A stretch of 64,000 nt of DNA, taken from the NCBI RefSeq assembly GCF_025526975.1, contig NW_026515668.1:62001-126000 (forward strand), read 5' to 3'. The position numbers and the translations under genes are program-made. Below, one piece after another: positions 1 to 11,309 of this stretch. A model generated the notes under the pieces. That model saw only the letters and a program-made list of their open reading frames with translations, ran no database searches and was not told the DNA's origin. Position 1 is the first letter of the stretch. Each line of letters opens with the position of its first letter. The stretch comes from Fimicolochytrium jonesii (Eukaryota).

Positions 1-209
1 CCCCCGGCGTCGTCGGAAGTCCCAGTCGGAGGACACCGAAGCACGACGTGGTTGTTCGCAGGGAACATATTCCATAGCGTCACCCGCGATAGGGTCGAAC
101 GGCGCTTCAGCGACTTCGGCAGAGGGGTCTCGGTGGACTTGACGATGGCGGGTGGGACTGGCGAAGGAGGGGATGAATTCCCATGGAGTAGCGCTGTAGG
201 TGCATCCAT
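1..209 (-). CDS. Possible 5' end of a hypothetical gene running off the window start
   Basis: Minus-strand frame MDAPTALLHGNSSPPSPVPPAIVKVHRDP...SDWDFRRRRG stays open to position 1. No homology recognised. Confidence 0.25.
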   Translation of the reverse strand, partial: MDAPTALLHGNSSPPSPVPPAIVKSTETPLPKSLKRRSTLSRVTLWNMFPANNHVVLRCPPTGTSDDAG

Positions 210-1655
210 GTAACATATTTTCCCGTTGTCATTTAATAACGTTTCCCGCATCCAGCCTGGTCTGCCGCTTACGGCATATCACCGGCTCCTCAGTCGACTC
301 CTGTGGATGACGGCGCCATTCCCGGCATTGAAGACACCGTCTTTTGATGTCGACAGGTGAACCACCCGATCCCAAAGGTCACTTCTGACGTGCTTGCGCT
401 GTTCAAAAGCGTACCAGCCACGTATCTCTCGGATATTTTCAAACATACCCCCGTCCGCAACTGGATCTGATAAAACACAGAGCACCGCATCCTCGTCCAT
501 GTTCATGTTCATGTCCAGCTCCATCCCATCCTTCTTGCTGCTCGCTACCCAGCGGTGATCCCGGCCGGGAAGGCATGGTCGTTATCTCTATTTGAAGGGT
601 CCGCCGAGCGTGCTCCACTCGCATCGTTTTGCAATCTTTGGGTCAGTTGCGTACCGATATGCTTCCCATTGCGTCCCTGACCGTCGCGGTAGATGGAACT
701 ATACAATACACCGGCAGACAATACTCGAGTTGTACGGCTCAATCTGATTGAAGCGAAGTGCTAGGACGAGGCGATTGTTTGACTAGAGGGACTGTGTTGC
801 TCTTGCTTCGTTTGTCGGCAATCCAACACTGTTCCCGAGTCCCTCAAAGGGTATGGCGTCCCGCTCTTCTCTTCCCTGTCAGCTAAATTTACCCGGAACC
901 AGAATTGAGCAGAACTGAGCATCATGCCCTATACGATACAAGGACGTAACGGGGTTCGCTTTTGCGACCTCTACCGGGTAGATGACGCAGGCAACACGGA
1001 GGCAACGCCGGGAATCTTCTTTGACTGCTCCCAAAGCACTCCCCATGTGTCAGGCGAACCAACATCAAGGCTAATCAGCCAGTCCATGCCGAGACAGCAC
1101 CCACCTACGGCCTGCCTCCAATGTTCAGCCAACCAAACCAACTCAATGTCAACCATCCTGCTTCACAACATCTGATTTCACGATTTTTTCCTCTCCATGC
1201 TGCGCGCCATTTGCACGCCGGTCTCCCTTCCCACACCACCAGACCCCACCGCCGTCTTGAGCCGCTCTCCGTCTCCACGCGGCTCTCCCAATGACTTCCA
1301 GACATGCAGAGTCAAAGCGGGCGGTCAAATGTGAACCCGTTGTTGGAAAACTGCCGGTAGGAGGTGTTACAATTCTGCTCGCAGGGGAAATCGACAGCGG
1401 CGGAGGAAAAATCACGGCGGCGTGACGGAGACGATTGAGAAAAAAAAGGGGAAAGACGCGGTCACGTGGTCCGCGGTTTCTTTCACGCCGAAAAGGAAAA
1501 GGACATCCCATAATTGCCCCACTCACCCCTTGGTGTGTGCTCGATTGTCGTTTGGGGTCAATAGAGAACGGTTGCAATCCTTCTGTTGGCGAGGCCGGAA
1601 CAGACAGGAAAACGCCATCAGCAAACCGGCAAACGTACCAGGGCAAACATCCGCC

Positions 1656-2114
1656 ATGTCCACCGACATACCTAGGGAAGATATAGTCGCCGCAGAACCG
1701 GCAGCCGACGACCACACCGTCGTAGTCCACAACAACACCATAACCACATTCAACTCAACCCCCTCCTACGTCTTGAGGACCTACAGCGAAGTCAAACTGG
1801 ACCGCACCGTCACCTTCCGCGGCCACCAGCTCCATATCGAATACCTGAAAGGCTCTTACGAAAACACCTGGATGAACGAAACCGAGCTCAGAATCCTGCT
1901 TACGGCCGAAGACACGGACGGCAAACCGCAGGCGGAGTTATTCTTCTGGGACTACATGCATGATTATCACCAGAACGTTGACCCGGAGCTGACTGTTGAT
2001 TACGACGATGGGTTTCCGATAAAGAGGCTTCAACTGCAGGATTGGTATAATTTGTGTGGACAGAAGCTGGGCGAGAACATCGATTATCATTGGCGAAAAG
2101 AAGGAGGAGGATGA
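1656..2114 (+). CDS. Small intronless hypothetical protein with a weak chromodomain-like segment
   Basis: ATG in a gccATG context at 1656 with C-rich coding-like codon use. The segment KLDRTV...HIEYLKGSYENTWMNETEL loosely resembles the chromo consensus EYLVKWKGY..NTWEPEENL. Confidence 0.55.
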   Translation: MSTDIPREDIVAAEPAADDHTVVVHNNTITTFNSTPSYVLRTYSEVKLDRTVTFRGHQLHIEYLKGSYENTWMNETELRILLTAEDTDGKPQAELFFWDYMHDYHQNVDPELTVDYDDGFPIKRLQLQDWYNLCGQKLGENIDYHWRKEGGG

Positions 2115-2858
2115 GGATGCTCTTTGTGAGTACTGGAACCGTGAGTGATTGCGTATGTTGGAGAGAGAATGAGGCCTTTCGTATGTTTTGTTGATCACCT
2201 GGAACTGGATCGAATGCATTTCCCAAAAGATATGCGTCGGACTTTCTCTGCGAGTTGCGTTGATAGTGCGAGATGTGACAGTGCACTTACATATACAGAC
2301 GGTCTCTGTAAGTGCACAGTCACATCACCTTGATAGGGGATATACTGTAGTTGCTCCCATTTGACCTTCAAAATAAGCTGTGCCTCCGAAATTCACGACA
2401 TACCTCCAGATCCATCTCGTGCATGAAGTGCCTCAGGTCAAACACCGCCATCCATCCATAGTCTCCTGGTATGTTCAAAGCGAACATTCGATTTGAGAAG
2501 CGACGCTCACAGGAAGAAGGGGGGGGGGGGGGGGGTGTGCGTGTAGTGGCCAAAGCCATGCATGACATCACCCGGCGCAAACGCGTGGCTTTGCCCGTCT
2601 CTTCTGTGTAAGAGCCAGGGACCGTGCCGACCGAATGCCAAGCGTTTTGATTTGATTAGAGGGTTGATTAGGAAGTGGGGGGCAAGAAGCGGGGATGGGC
2701 CTAATCAGTCGCTGAATGCCAACGTGGCTGAGCGCCTTGTGTCGTCACGCCCTCCTTCTGCCTTCGCCCTGTAGCATGTATAAAAGCAACCCCCCCCCCA
2801 AAAGTGCCCACGCTCCCCGAAACCCCCAACAAGGCTAACACCCAGACTCCCACAGCAC

Positions 2859-4013
2859 ATGCCCTCAACCTCATTCGAAAGCCCTCTCCTCGCAACAATG
2901 ACCAGCCCCCAAGTGGCCGCTCCCGCACTCCCTCCCCGCCACCGCACCCCATCCCCACAACCCCCCCTCGACGCCGCATCCAGCCCCCAAACAACAGCCC
3001 CCGTCGCAACAACCGGCCTCGCACCAGCAGCAGCAGCATCACCCTCCAAAATATCCTCCCTCAAGCAAGTCGCAGCCGCAAAACAGCTCGCGACGAAAAT
3101 GTCTGACCGCGCAATAGCTGCTGCAAACGATATGAACCTTCATGTTCCTACCGTCAAGGAGGTGCTCGCGTTCTCGCCTGTCAAACATGCTTACAAGACG
3201 TTGAAGCCGTTTATCGTGAATGAGGACGGGAGGTTGGGTGAGGATACGCCCGAGGCGAAGAGGCGGAGCTTGGAGAGAATTCAGTTTGTCAGTACTTGGT
3301 TGGATGCAAAGTATAAGGTGCCTTTCACAAAGTACAAGATTGGTGTGGGTAAGTACCAGCGGCCGAACGTAGTGATTGCGAGCGATAGCGAGGGGACGAG
3401 CGGAGCGTGCCACACTGCGCCAAAGGCGCAATTCTCCCCTAATCACGGCTCTTAGCGTGCTCAGCGAGCTGCGACCGAAGGGAGCGATCTGGTTTCATTG
3501 GGAACCTCGCTGCGCGAGTGATGCGCTGCGCGAGTTGATTCAACTCGTCAACCTTACAAACAACCGTACATGTACATGTACTCACCCTGCCTCTATTCCT
3601 CAGACCCAATCGTCAGCGCGATCCCGATGGTCGGCGACGTCATCTCGACCGCGCTCTCCTGCTACATCGTCTACCTCACGCGACGCTTCCACGTCCCCTG
3701 GATCGTAACCGCCAAAATGGTGTGGAACGTCATGCTCAACGCCTCCTTCGGCGCGATCCCGATCGTCGGCTCCATGTTCGACGTCGCCTACAAACCCAAC
3801 ATGCGCAACCTCATCCTCCTGGAGGAGTACCTCCGCGATGAGGCGATAAAGTCCGGCAAGGACCCCAAGCATATCGATGCGGCGTTGAAGAAGGCACGCG
3901 CGGAGGTTATTTCATTGCATGACCCGGGGGAGACCTATAATTCGGATGGGTCGGTGAAGGAGCCGCTGCTGTCAAAGAGCGCTGAGCCTGTGCCAATGAG
4001 GACGGCGATGTGA
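2859..4013 (+). CDS. DUF4112 family membrane protein (2 exons; intron 3349-3603)
   Basis: The spliced product reads WLDAKYKVPFTKYKIGVDPIVSAIPMVGDVIS...MVWNVMLNASFGAIPIVGSMFDVAYKPNMRNLILLEEYL, matching the DUF4112 pattern. Intron is GTAAGT...CAG. Confidence 0.85.
3378..3534 (+). repeat. GC-rich hairpin element in the DUF4112 intron (copy 1)
   Basis: cgagcggagcg...tgcgccAAAggcgcaa...tcccc...ttagcgtgc aligns by eye with 38703-38785. Confidence 0.65.
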
Positions 4014-4410
4014 TGGTGGGAAGCGGCAGTAAGGACAACACAGTCTCTATCCTCTTTCCCCACACTCTTGTATATATAGTTTTTGCTTGCCTTGTAGCAT
4101 CTCTGTGTCGTTCGATTTTGTGTGTTTCTTCGTAGTCCGTACCGGAATTAAATAGTCTAATCTTCACCAACAACTTCCTCTATTCTCGCGGTCTTCCTCA
4201 CAAGCTGTGAGTATCCATCTGTACGTTTGTCCCATCATTCATCGTCTTCCGGGTCGATTGCCTCAGAGAATTGTATTCGAAAATGGGCAGATAAAACGCC
4301 AAAAACTTATAGCAGGCACACCCATCTGTACAATGTACACTCATATTGCGCCTCAAAGAAGCACCCCAAAAAACGTAAAAAAATATATGCAAGAAACGAC
4401 TGAGAAACCC

Positions 4411-7400
4411 TCACGACTCGTCGGTCTCAGCCACGGCCTCAATCGGATGCGAGTGCGACGATGCCGGCGGTGGTGCGTTGACGAGCACGTTGGTAGCGCT
4501 CGTTCCCGGGTTGCCGTGCCAGAGGGTCGAGTAAAACCTAAAAACAAAACGGACATCAGCAAACCCATAAATCAAGGCCATCATCTCACCAAAGGGAAAG
4601 TAAGCAACAACCCACCTCGAAATAATACTAGCAACCGGAATCTGTCTCGGCCCAGGATCAATCCCCTCCAACGTCGCCACAAACTTCCCCACCCATTTCC
4701 CAACCTGCTCGTCCTCATACACATCCCGCCTATACCGCAACCCGCCCACAATCGTCCCTTCCCCCGTCTCGATCAGGTGTAATTTCACATGCGCGTGGGA
4801 TGTTTCATCGTGGGTCCAACTCACACCGTCGGAAGAGGAGGAGGCGGCGTGGAGGAGGATGTCGGCGGGGGAGAGGCCGTAGGAACGCCACATCTCGGCT
4901 TCTTTCTGGGGTGTGTATTCGAAGACGATGGGGAGGGCCGTTGCGCTCGGGGTGGGGATCTTCCAGCTCGGCGTCCCGGCGCCGCAGCGGCGGGCCGCGC
5001 GGATACTCCTGCTCACGCTCCCAAACAGCGCGGAGAAGGTGATCCCCTTCCTGGTCAGGTCGATCTTCACCGGGAACGTGTCGGAGACGGGGCCGACCGC
5101 CAACCCGTTCCGTCGGAAACTGTGGGTGAGCCCGAGGAGGTATTTGTCGGACCCGGAGATGTGTTTGAGGACGATGGCAAAGGCGGAGAGACACGCGGCG
5201 GCCGTCGCCGTGCTGTACGCCGTGGTCGTCGTGCCGTGCCGCGCGCCGAGGGCGTTGTTGGTATCCTCTTCCTCCTCGTCGTCGTGGGTCTCCACATTCG
5301 AGCTCTCGGACGTTCCCCCACCGCGTGATCGCGACCGGGACTGTGCACTCCGCCTGCCGCCGGTGCCCGTCCGCGCCCGCCGCCGCTGCCGGGCCGTCGC
5401 GCGGTACCCGTCCTGGAACAGGCGGAGGTTGCTCACAAGCTCCGCGGGGAGCGTGATCGGGACCATATCCCACATCTGGGTGAAATCCTCCCCCTGCTGC
5501 GGCTCGGTAGCCCCACCCCGACCCCCGCGCAACGCGTACCCCTCCAGCCCCAACGGCGCCACCTTCACCTCCACCACCGGCGGCCGCAACACTCCCCTCA
5601 ACCGGATCCCCAGATCATCGTCCCGCTCCACCGCCGCCTCGGCATCTCGCAACTGTGTGTCCAACCCCTCCCGTTCCCGCACACACTTGGCGATGCGTCT
5701 CTCCAGCGCATGTTTCCGCTTGCCGCTCTCCATGATGGTTTCCTTGATCCTGTTCCGGACGTACTCGATCAGCGCGAGGAGCTGGCGGCGGTCTTTGGGC
5801 AGCAGGGCGAGGGTGTGCGTGAGGTGGGAGTCGGTGAGGGCGGCAAAGTCTGTGATCTGGGTGAGGTTGTGGTCCTGCAGGAGGGTGAGGACGGCGGCGG
5901 GGACGTCGTGTTTCAGGAGGAAGGGGAGGATCGACCCGGGCTCGGTGGGGGGCGTTACCACGAAGGAGGTGGAGTAAGGGGTGGTGGAGGAGTCCGCGGC
6001 GGGGGGGCGGGTGTCGAGCCCGAGGACGGTTTCGAGCAAGGTGAGCTGCGAGTCCCGGGAAATCAGGTGCACGGACCCCGTCGTCGGGTCCTCCCACCGC
6101 ATACACTCCCCCGCCGCCGCGGTCGTGGCGTTTGGGTCTTCTCCTTCATCCTCCATCCCCCTCCGCTGCTCCCGTAACCCCTCCAACTCCCCCTCACACT
6201 CCCCCCGCCGTTTCCTCAACTTCTCCACCCGGTCCTTCAACCCTTCCTTCTCCCGCTCCAGTTTCTCCAACTGCACTTCCAACCGTCCCCGCTCGGCGGC
6301 GTCGACGGTGTCTTGCACGGTCTCGATGAGCACGGAATGCCAGTAGGCGAGGTCGCCGCGGGTGTGGTGGGACGTGGTGGCGAGGGAGGTTGAGGTGGGG
6401 GTGCAGGAGTGCGCGAAGAGGGGGAAGGTGTATCGTTCGCGGGGGGTGTACCCATCAACGCACACATCAATCCCCCGTGTCGATGAAGGGGATGCGAGAC
6501 GGGCCGTCTGACACGTCGTGTAGAGCGCAATGACCTCGTGCGCGATGAACCGCAAGCTGGACTCGTCCGCGACGGCTTTGGAGGCCATGAACACCACATA
6601 CGTCTCCTGTTCCGTCCCTCCACCGTCCGAAGATACAACCCCCGGAAACACCAACGCGTAAAACGGCCGCTCGAACCGCTCCTGACCGCCCATCCAGTGC
6701 CGGACGTACGACGTCATGGTGCGTGTGTCCACTTCACGCACTTCGTGATGGTCAGACCTCCCACGCACCCATCCCCGCAGATCAACGACGGCCACAACTT
6801 CATCGTCCCGAACCTCCCGCCACGGCCGCTGGTCGAGCAACCCCTCGACGTCGGCATCCACGATCCGGTCGTTGCGGTACAGCTGCGTGCGGAGGACGGC
6901 GTGCGTCTGGCGAATTCTTTTCAGCACCGCCGCCAAATCACTGATGACCACCGACGCCGGCTGGGTCACAGATGGATGGTGATCTCGTGGTTGTGCTTGT
7001 GGGTTTGGGATAGGGGCCACCCGCCACCCCACACTCGCCCAAAACGGCGGCCCGCTCCACAACGACACGTTGCTCTCCAGATCGTCTTGTGTCGGACACA
7101 CTTTCGTGAACACAGTGAGTTGGTACGGGGTGACGGGGTACTTTGCGTCTGTGTAGTCGTCGTCGTCGTCGTCATCGAGGGCGTCGTAGGAGGTTGAGAA
7201 GGTGGGGTTGACGTCGGAGAGGGGCGAGGCGCTGCGTGGGAGGGGGAGGGAGTCGGTGGAGAGCTGCGGCGCGGGTGGGGTGGGTGGGCCTGCAGTTTTC
7301 TTTGCCTTGTCTGTATTTTTCGCGCCCTATCAATAAGCCCGCACGAGAGTGTTATGTATGCGTCCAATACGCTCCACCCGTCAACAGCTGTGATCCGAAA

Positions 7401-8520
7401 CGCCCAGAAAAAAAACCAAACATACCTTCGCGCCCGCCACGGTCGGTTTTTTGGTACTCGCATTCCACCGCGGCAACTCCAACGGCACCGACGCCGCTTT
7501 CTTCTTCCCCACCTTTCGTTTCCCCTTCCCCTTCCCTCCCTCATCGTCCCTCTCCGACCTCCTCCTCCCCGCCGATGTCCCGGACGCATCCGACGCAATC
7601 GACGCCTGGCTCGTGCGTGCGCTGCGTGACAACAGTGGCCCGTCGTCCGCGGAGGGGTCATCACCCGGTTCGGTGTCTGCGGGTTTACCGGTGATGGTGG
7701 TAGAAGGAAACCGGCGGCCACCGGACCCCGGGCGGCCTTTATCGATCGGTAGCGGGACGGGTTGGATGGAGATGGAGAGCGGGGAGGTGGGGGTGAGGTC
7801 TGTGAGTGAGGAGTGGTGGGAGATGGGGCGGGTCGTGCGCGTGGAGGACGGGGTGGGGGAGGTGGTGAGGTATTCTGAGCTGCGTTTACCGGCGCTGGCG
7901 GGCCGGCGAGTGGGTGAGGATGATGTTGATGTGGGGAGTGTGGTTAAGGAGGATGGAGGGAGGCTGTCGCGCTTAGTTGAGCCGGAGGTGGGTCGACGCT
8001 GGGCGGACGGTTTCTGCGGCACTGGGGTAACCCCGTCGACCTGTGATTTGACACTCAAGGACGGCAATGCTCGCGGCGGGATCGGGTGCCGCGGGGCGAT
8101 GACGGGGTCTGGGCCCCATAGGGTGCCGTATGAGGCGTGTAGGGACATTTTCCGCTTTTGTCTGGTTAATGCGTCGCTGGCGGCGTGGGTGTAATGCGAT
8201 TGTTGCTGAGATGGTTGTGGTGAATGAGGTTGTTGTTGCTGGTGATGTAGCAGCTGTGAATCTTTCTGCGAGTTCATGAGGGCGGCGTGGCTGCGTGTCT
8301 TGGAGAGGCGGGCGGTGGGGACGGATGTTGTTGCGGCGGCGGCAGCGATGATCGATGCCGGAGCGGGTTGTTGGGATGATAATGAGGAGCCGGTGGTTGT
8401 TGGTGACGAGGACAGGATCTGCTCCCGTTTGCGGGCGACCATTTCGCGGAAGGTCGTGCGCTGGCCGGCGAGACCGGCGGCGGGGTCGGCCGCACCGTGG
8501 AGTTGATGGACGTCCATCAT
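4411..8520 (-). CDS. Large protein: low-complexity N-terminus plus an NRPS condensation-like domain interrupted by a coiled-coil/SAM-like/coiled-coil insert
   Basis: ORFs 7381-8520 and 4411-7113 join through intron ~7425-7327 (GTATGT...TAG); a second short intron lies near 4615-4538. C-domain motifs seen: YPVTPYQ, HAVLRT, DLAYW, LSAFAIVLKHISGSDKYLLG, VGPVSDTFPVKIDL, GGLRYRRDVYEDEQV. Confidence 0.75.
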
Positions 8521-9135
8521 GGACGGCCACTACGATGGTCTTCACTCTGGCGTGGGGTTCAAGAATGCGAACCGGAAGACCGTCTTTGAAACGAACATGA
8601 AAATAGACGATCAATCTCGCGCTGGGTCTTCAAACTCGCTACCGACCAGATTCCAGTAAGATATCTTGAGTAGAATATGGAAATACCTCCCATAGGGCGA
8701 GAAAGAAAGCAAGCCGAGGAAGTGCGTCAGTGTGCGGACGGTCCCAGATCTATGGACGCTTACCGTGCTCAGAGTGCCCGTCAAACGACGCGCCTGTGCT
8801 TACCTCAGCAAGCGAGTTCAAGTCTCAGTCACATGACTCTGCGTGCGAAGGCCCTATTTATAAAGCGCTCTGTTTTCGCGCGAGGGCTTTGTCCTCCTCT
8901 GTTCCTCTGTTTTTCGTTACTAATACCCAACCTGCATCCATTACCCCTTCTCTCTCGGTCTATTCTCTCTCAGTCAACAGCAGCAGAGTGCATATACAGA
9001 CGAAGAGGACCAGCTTCACTCCGCCCTCCCGCACCAGCACTGGCCCATACCTCCCACCCGCCAAGAGCTCCATTCGCTCGTTCGTCTAATACAGGATACG
9101 CTAAAAAACCTCACCCAGCCAACATATATCTGAAA

Positions 9136-10629
9136 ATGGACGTCGAAACAGCGTCTGTTCACTCGGAGACAGCATCGGACTTTTCCGAATACTCCCGAGC
9201 CTCTACTGCTCCCTCCACGGCAGTCTCTACAGCGGCCTCGTCCGCCACCACCCACTCCGCCCACCCGTTCACATGTCTCGCATGTCACGTCGCGTTCCGC
9301 ACGGCAGAGAACCAGCGTGAGCACATGCGTTCAGACTGGCACAGGTACAACCTCAAGCGGAAAGTAGCCGACATCCCACCAGTCACAGCCGAGAACTTTG
9401 CGGCGAGGGTGCAACAGCAGCAACAGCAGCAGGCACTGCAGAACGCTGGATCGAGGAAGGAGGGCGGGGGTGTTGGCGGGTTTGTCGCAGAATGCGCGGC
9501 GTGCAAAAAGTCCTACTCGAATGAGAACGGATACACGAATCACTTGAACTCAAAGAAACACAAAGAGACGCAGGCGAAATTCGATGCAAACGGCTCTGAA
9601 CATGTCGCACTCCCCACAACCGGCAAACGACCCGCCCCCGTCGTGTCCGGCCCCACCCCGCGCGCATTGATGCCCACACCCACCACCGCCTCCTCATCCT
9701 CCTCCTCCGACCCAGCAGCGGCACCCGTTAGCTGGCGCCGCCAACTAGCCGACGCCGAAACACAAGCCGAAGTGCTCGCGATCATGGAACGCAAAGCCGC
9801 CGCAACCGAACGCCTAACCGAGCTCGACTGTCTCTTCTGCTCGCAACGCTGCCAAACTTTTGAAAACAACCTCGCCCACATGGCCCGCGCCCACAGCTTC
9901 TTCATTCCCGACATGGAGTTCCTCGTCGACCTCAAAGGCCTGATCGCCTACCTCGGCGAAAAGATCGCCGTCGCCCACGTCTGTCTCTACTGCAACGGCA
10001 AGGGACGCGCATACCACTCCCTCGAGGCCGTCCGCAAACACATGCTCGACAAGGGTCACTGCAAGATCCTGTACGAGGACGGAGCCGAGCTGGAGGTGGC
10101 CGATTTCTACGATTTCAGCTCCACCTACCCCGACGAAGTCGCTGAAGACGACGAAGACGACGACAACGCGGAATGGGAAGACGTTGACGACGAGACCGAC
10201 GAAACCACCCCGTCCTCCTCATCCCGCGGCCGCGCAGCACGCCCTACCACCACATCAGACTCCGACTCCGATTCCGAGCTCGGCGACCTCACCTCCCACC
10301 CCCTCTCCATCCACCTCACCCCCGACGAAACCCAACTCGTCCTCCCCTCGGGCCAACTCATCGGGCACCGCTCCTACAACAAATTCTGGAAACAGTCCCT
10401 CAAACCCCTCTCCTCGAATAACGACTCGGTCGTCATCAACCAGCTCATGGGCCAGTACCGCCAGCTGGGCTACACGTCCACGCCGTATGAGGTTGCCGTC
10501 GCACACCATGAGCGCCGGATGCAGGCCAAGAAGGCCATGAGGAAGGAGCTGGAGTTCAAGGCGAGGACGGGCCAGAAACATAACAAGCTGCAGAAGCATT
10601 TCAGGTCCCAGATTGGGTTCGGGGTATGA
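9136..10629 (+). CDS. REI1: Cytoplasmic pre-60S maturation zinc-finger protein REI1/ZNF622
   Basis: FTCLACHVAF...QREHMRSDWHRYNLKRKVA, a second C2H2 finger, DCLFC...HMARAHSFFIPD...GLIAYLGEKI, LVLPSGQLIGHR and C-terminal NKLQKHFRSQI. Intronless. Confidence 0.95.
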   Translation: MDVETASVHSETASDFSEYSRASTAPSTAVSTAASSATTHSAHPFTCLACHVAFRTAENQREHMRSDWHRYNLKRKVADIPPVTAENFAARVQQQQQQQALQNAGSRKEGGGVGGFVAECAACKKSYSNENGYTNHLNSKKHKETQAKFDANGSEHVALPTTGKRPAPVVSGPTPRALMPTPTTASSSSSSDPAAAPVSWRRQLADAETQAEVLAIMERKAAATERLTELDCLFCSQRCQTFENNLAHMARAHSFFIPDMEFLVDLKGLIAYLGEKIAVAHVCLYCNGKGRAYHSLEAVRKHMLDKGHCKILYEDGAELEVADFYDFSSTYPDEVAEDDEDDDNAEWEDVDDETDETTPSSSSRGRAARPTTTSDSDSDSELGDLTSHPLSIHLTPDETQLVLPSGQLIGHRSYNKFWKQSLKPLSSNNDSVVINQLMGQYRQLGYTSTPYEVAVAHHERRMQAKKAMRKELEFKARTGQKHNKLQKHFRSQIGFGV

Positions 10630-11309
10630 AGGGATTTTTTACCCCTCGACTCCCTCGGGGTTCCCTGCTTCGCACCCTTGCATATCAACTGCCCTTCTCT
10701 CCTTCGGGTTGTCGTCTCACAGACCGCATCAGATCACACACCATCTCCCCTTCGCCTTTCTTGTCGTCATAGCCATATAGCCCCGAATGTAGGCCCGAAT
10801 CCTCGCATGAAATCTCCACCCCATTTTGGGGAATATACATATTTATATCTATCGTTTTTCCCATTCGCACTACAAATCCAACCCCCCCACCGTATTCGTT
10901 TCCAGAACTCCCGTTTTCTCAAACGCATTCACCGTTTAATATTTGAAATAAGTGGGGCTATGTAAAAAAAAAAAAAAGAGAAAAGCAAAAATCATAGAAG
11001 AAAAAAAAAAGGCCTCCCAAGTGTATTGCCCCCCCATCCCCCCGCTTCGAGTCCGAGAGATATTTTCCTATGTACACAAAAAGCCGTTCCGTATGGGATG
11101 CCGGGGGGATTGGGATGCAAGGGTGTGTGCGACGAGGTGGGGGGGAGGCTGTCCGAGATGCACACAGGATGGGGGGAGGGAGTCTCAACACCGGTATCAG
11201 CCAGCCAGTCCCTGCGACCGCGTTCGGGATGCGTGTCTTCCCACTTCTCCTTTGGGTAGAGGTGGGGCGTCCTTCTTGGGTGTGTGTGGTGTCTTCAAGG
11301 TTCCCGCGG

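Noticed and set aside
4913..5977. Long antisense ORFs (this 354-aa frame; also 26586-27599, 43698-44825, 41809-42517)
   Set aside because: These are shadow frames of GC-rich genes on the opposite strand.
8677..9135. 153-codon in-frame extension upstream of REI1
   Set aside because: The sequence looks like promoter/5' UTR (TATA-like tatttataaa, pyrimidine tracts), and homology begins after the ATG at 9136.
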